DNA of 33,723 bases, taken from the NCBI GenBank assembly GCA_964563825.1, contig CAZLZC010000006.1, positions 1-33,723 on the forward strand, given 5' to 3'. The stretch comes from an uncultured Actinomyces sp. (GTDB taxonomy: Bacteria > Actinomycetota > Actinomycetes > S36-B12). Each line of letters begins with the position of its first letter. Position 1 is the first letter of the stretch. Shown in pieces: positions 33,395 to 33,723 of the stretch. Position numbers and translations under genes: made by a program. The notes beneath the pieces were generated by a model, which did not search any database, had not been told where the DNA came from, and saw only the letters and a program-made list of their open reading frames with translations.

Positions 33395-33723
33395 ATGGAT
33401 TCCGACCTCCTCGAGTTCACCACCGGTGGCCGCTTGACCACCGACATCACCGCGGCCGCTGCCGACTTCTGTCGCGGTCGCGGTGACGGTCTCCTCCAGG
33501 TCTTCGTGCCTCACGCGACCGCCGGGGTGGCGATCTTCGAGACGGGCTCCGGGTCCGAGGAAGATCTCGAACTCATCCTGGAGTCGATGCTTCCCCGCGG
33601 TGCGGCGTACCTGCACCGCCACGGATCCCCCGGCCACGGCCGCGATCACGTCCTCCCCGCCCTCGTGTCTCCGAGCATCACTGTCCCTGTGCTCGAAGGC
33701 CGGATGCAGCTGGGCACCTGGCA
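33395..33723 (+). CDS. yjbQ: YjbQ/UPF0047 family protein (secondary thiamine-phosphate synthase-like), 3'-truncated by window end
   Basis: My own translation from ATG 33395: MDSDLLEFTTGGRLTTDITAAAADFCRGRGDGLLQVFVPHATAGVAIFETGSGSEEDLELILESMLPRGAAYLHRHGSPGHGRDHVLPALVSPSITVPVLEGRMQLGTWQ. The family signature is H...GN/GH..AH/DH and L.LGTWQ. It is absent from the ORF track because it has no stop inside the window. Confidence 0.8.
   Translation, partial: MDSDLLEFTTGGRLTTDITAAAADFCRGRGDGLLQVFVPHATAGVAIFETGSGSEEDLELILESMLPRGAAYLHRHGSPGHGRDHVLPALVSPSITVPVLEGRMQLGTW

Noticed and set aside
33377-33649. 90-aa minus-strand ORF at the right edge
   Set aside because: It is antisense to an open + strand frame whose translation is a clear YjbQ/UPF0047 protein (…GRMQLGTWQ). 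The + frame is missing from the track only because it runs off the window.
1-33723. Search for mobile elements, integrases, toxin-antitoxin pairs, CRISPR-Cas or other defence genes
   Set aside because: None of the credible ORFs shows transposase (DDE), recombinase, Cas, restriction or TA signatures. No terminal inverted repeats or tRNA-flanked islands were seen.

Overview
High-GC, actinobacterial-type chromosomal segment. Hand-counted 100-nt samples gave 66-72% GC in most genes. It is densely coded on both strands with about 38 protein genes. I recognised no rRNA, tRNA, CRISPR array, transposase or integrase. Left to right: a histidine phosphatase and YczE-like membrane protein pair; a three-gene secreted set (two paralogs sharing an N-terminal Cys/Lys-rich module, then an S53 sedolisin); a FUSC-family membrane protein; a SAM methyltransferase; a flippase-like membrane protein; a minus-strand run of zinc-ribbon protein, secreted S33 alpha/beta hydrolase, AMP-dependent ligase and GNAT; a 2TM protein and a glycerophosphodiesterase; a GcvT-like aminomethyltransferase plus CrtI-like flavoprotein with a divergent TetR; an ATPase-less Opp/Dpp-type ABC importer bracketed by HAD and PHP phosphoesterase-type genes; a membrane-anchored penicillin-acylase-family Ntn hydrolase; a VOC protein; several lipoprotein, secreted and membrane proteins; and a 3'-truncated yjbQ. 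The window is rich in lipoproteins (six lipobox proteins). The most unusual stretch is 16.86-18.21 kb. There, a leader carrying the conserved blocks of the yybP-ykoY Mn2+ riboswitch precedes an orphan lipoprotein. This is followed by what looks like the first ~30 codons of a TerC gene with the rest missing. Two tiny lipoproteins come next, with purely low-complexity mature parts: one polyacidic, one made only of Q/N/D and encoded by perfect 27-nt tandem repeats. Many long antisense or off-frame ORFs in the track are high-GC shadow ORFs and were rejected.
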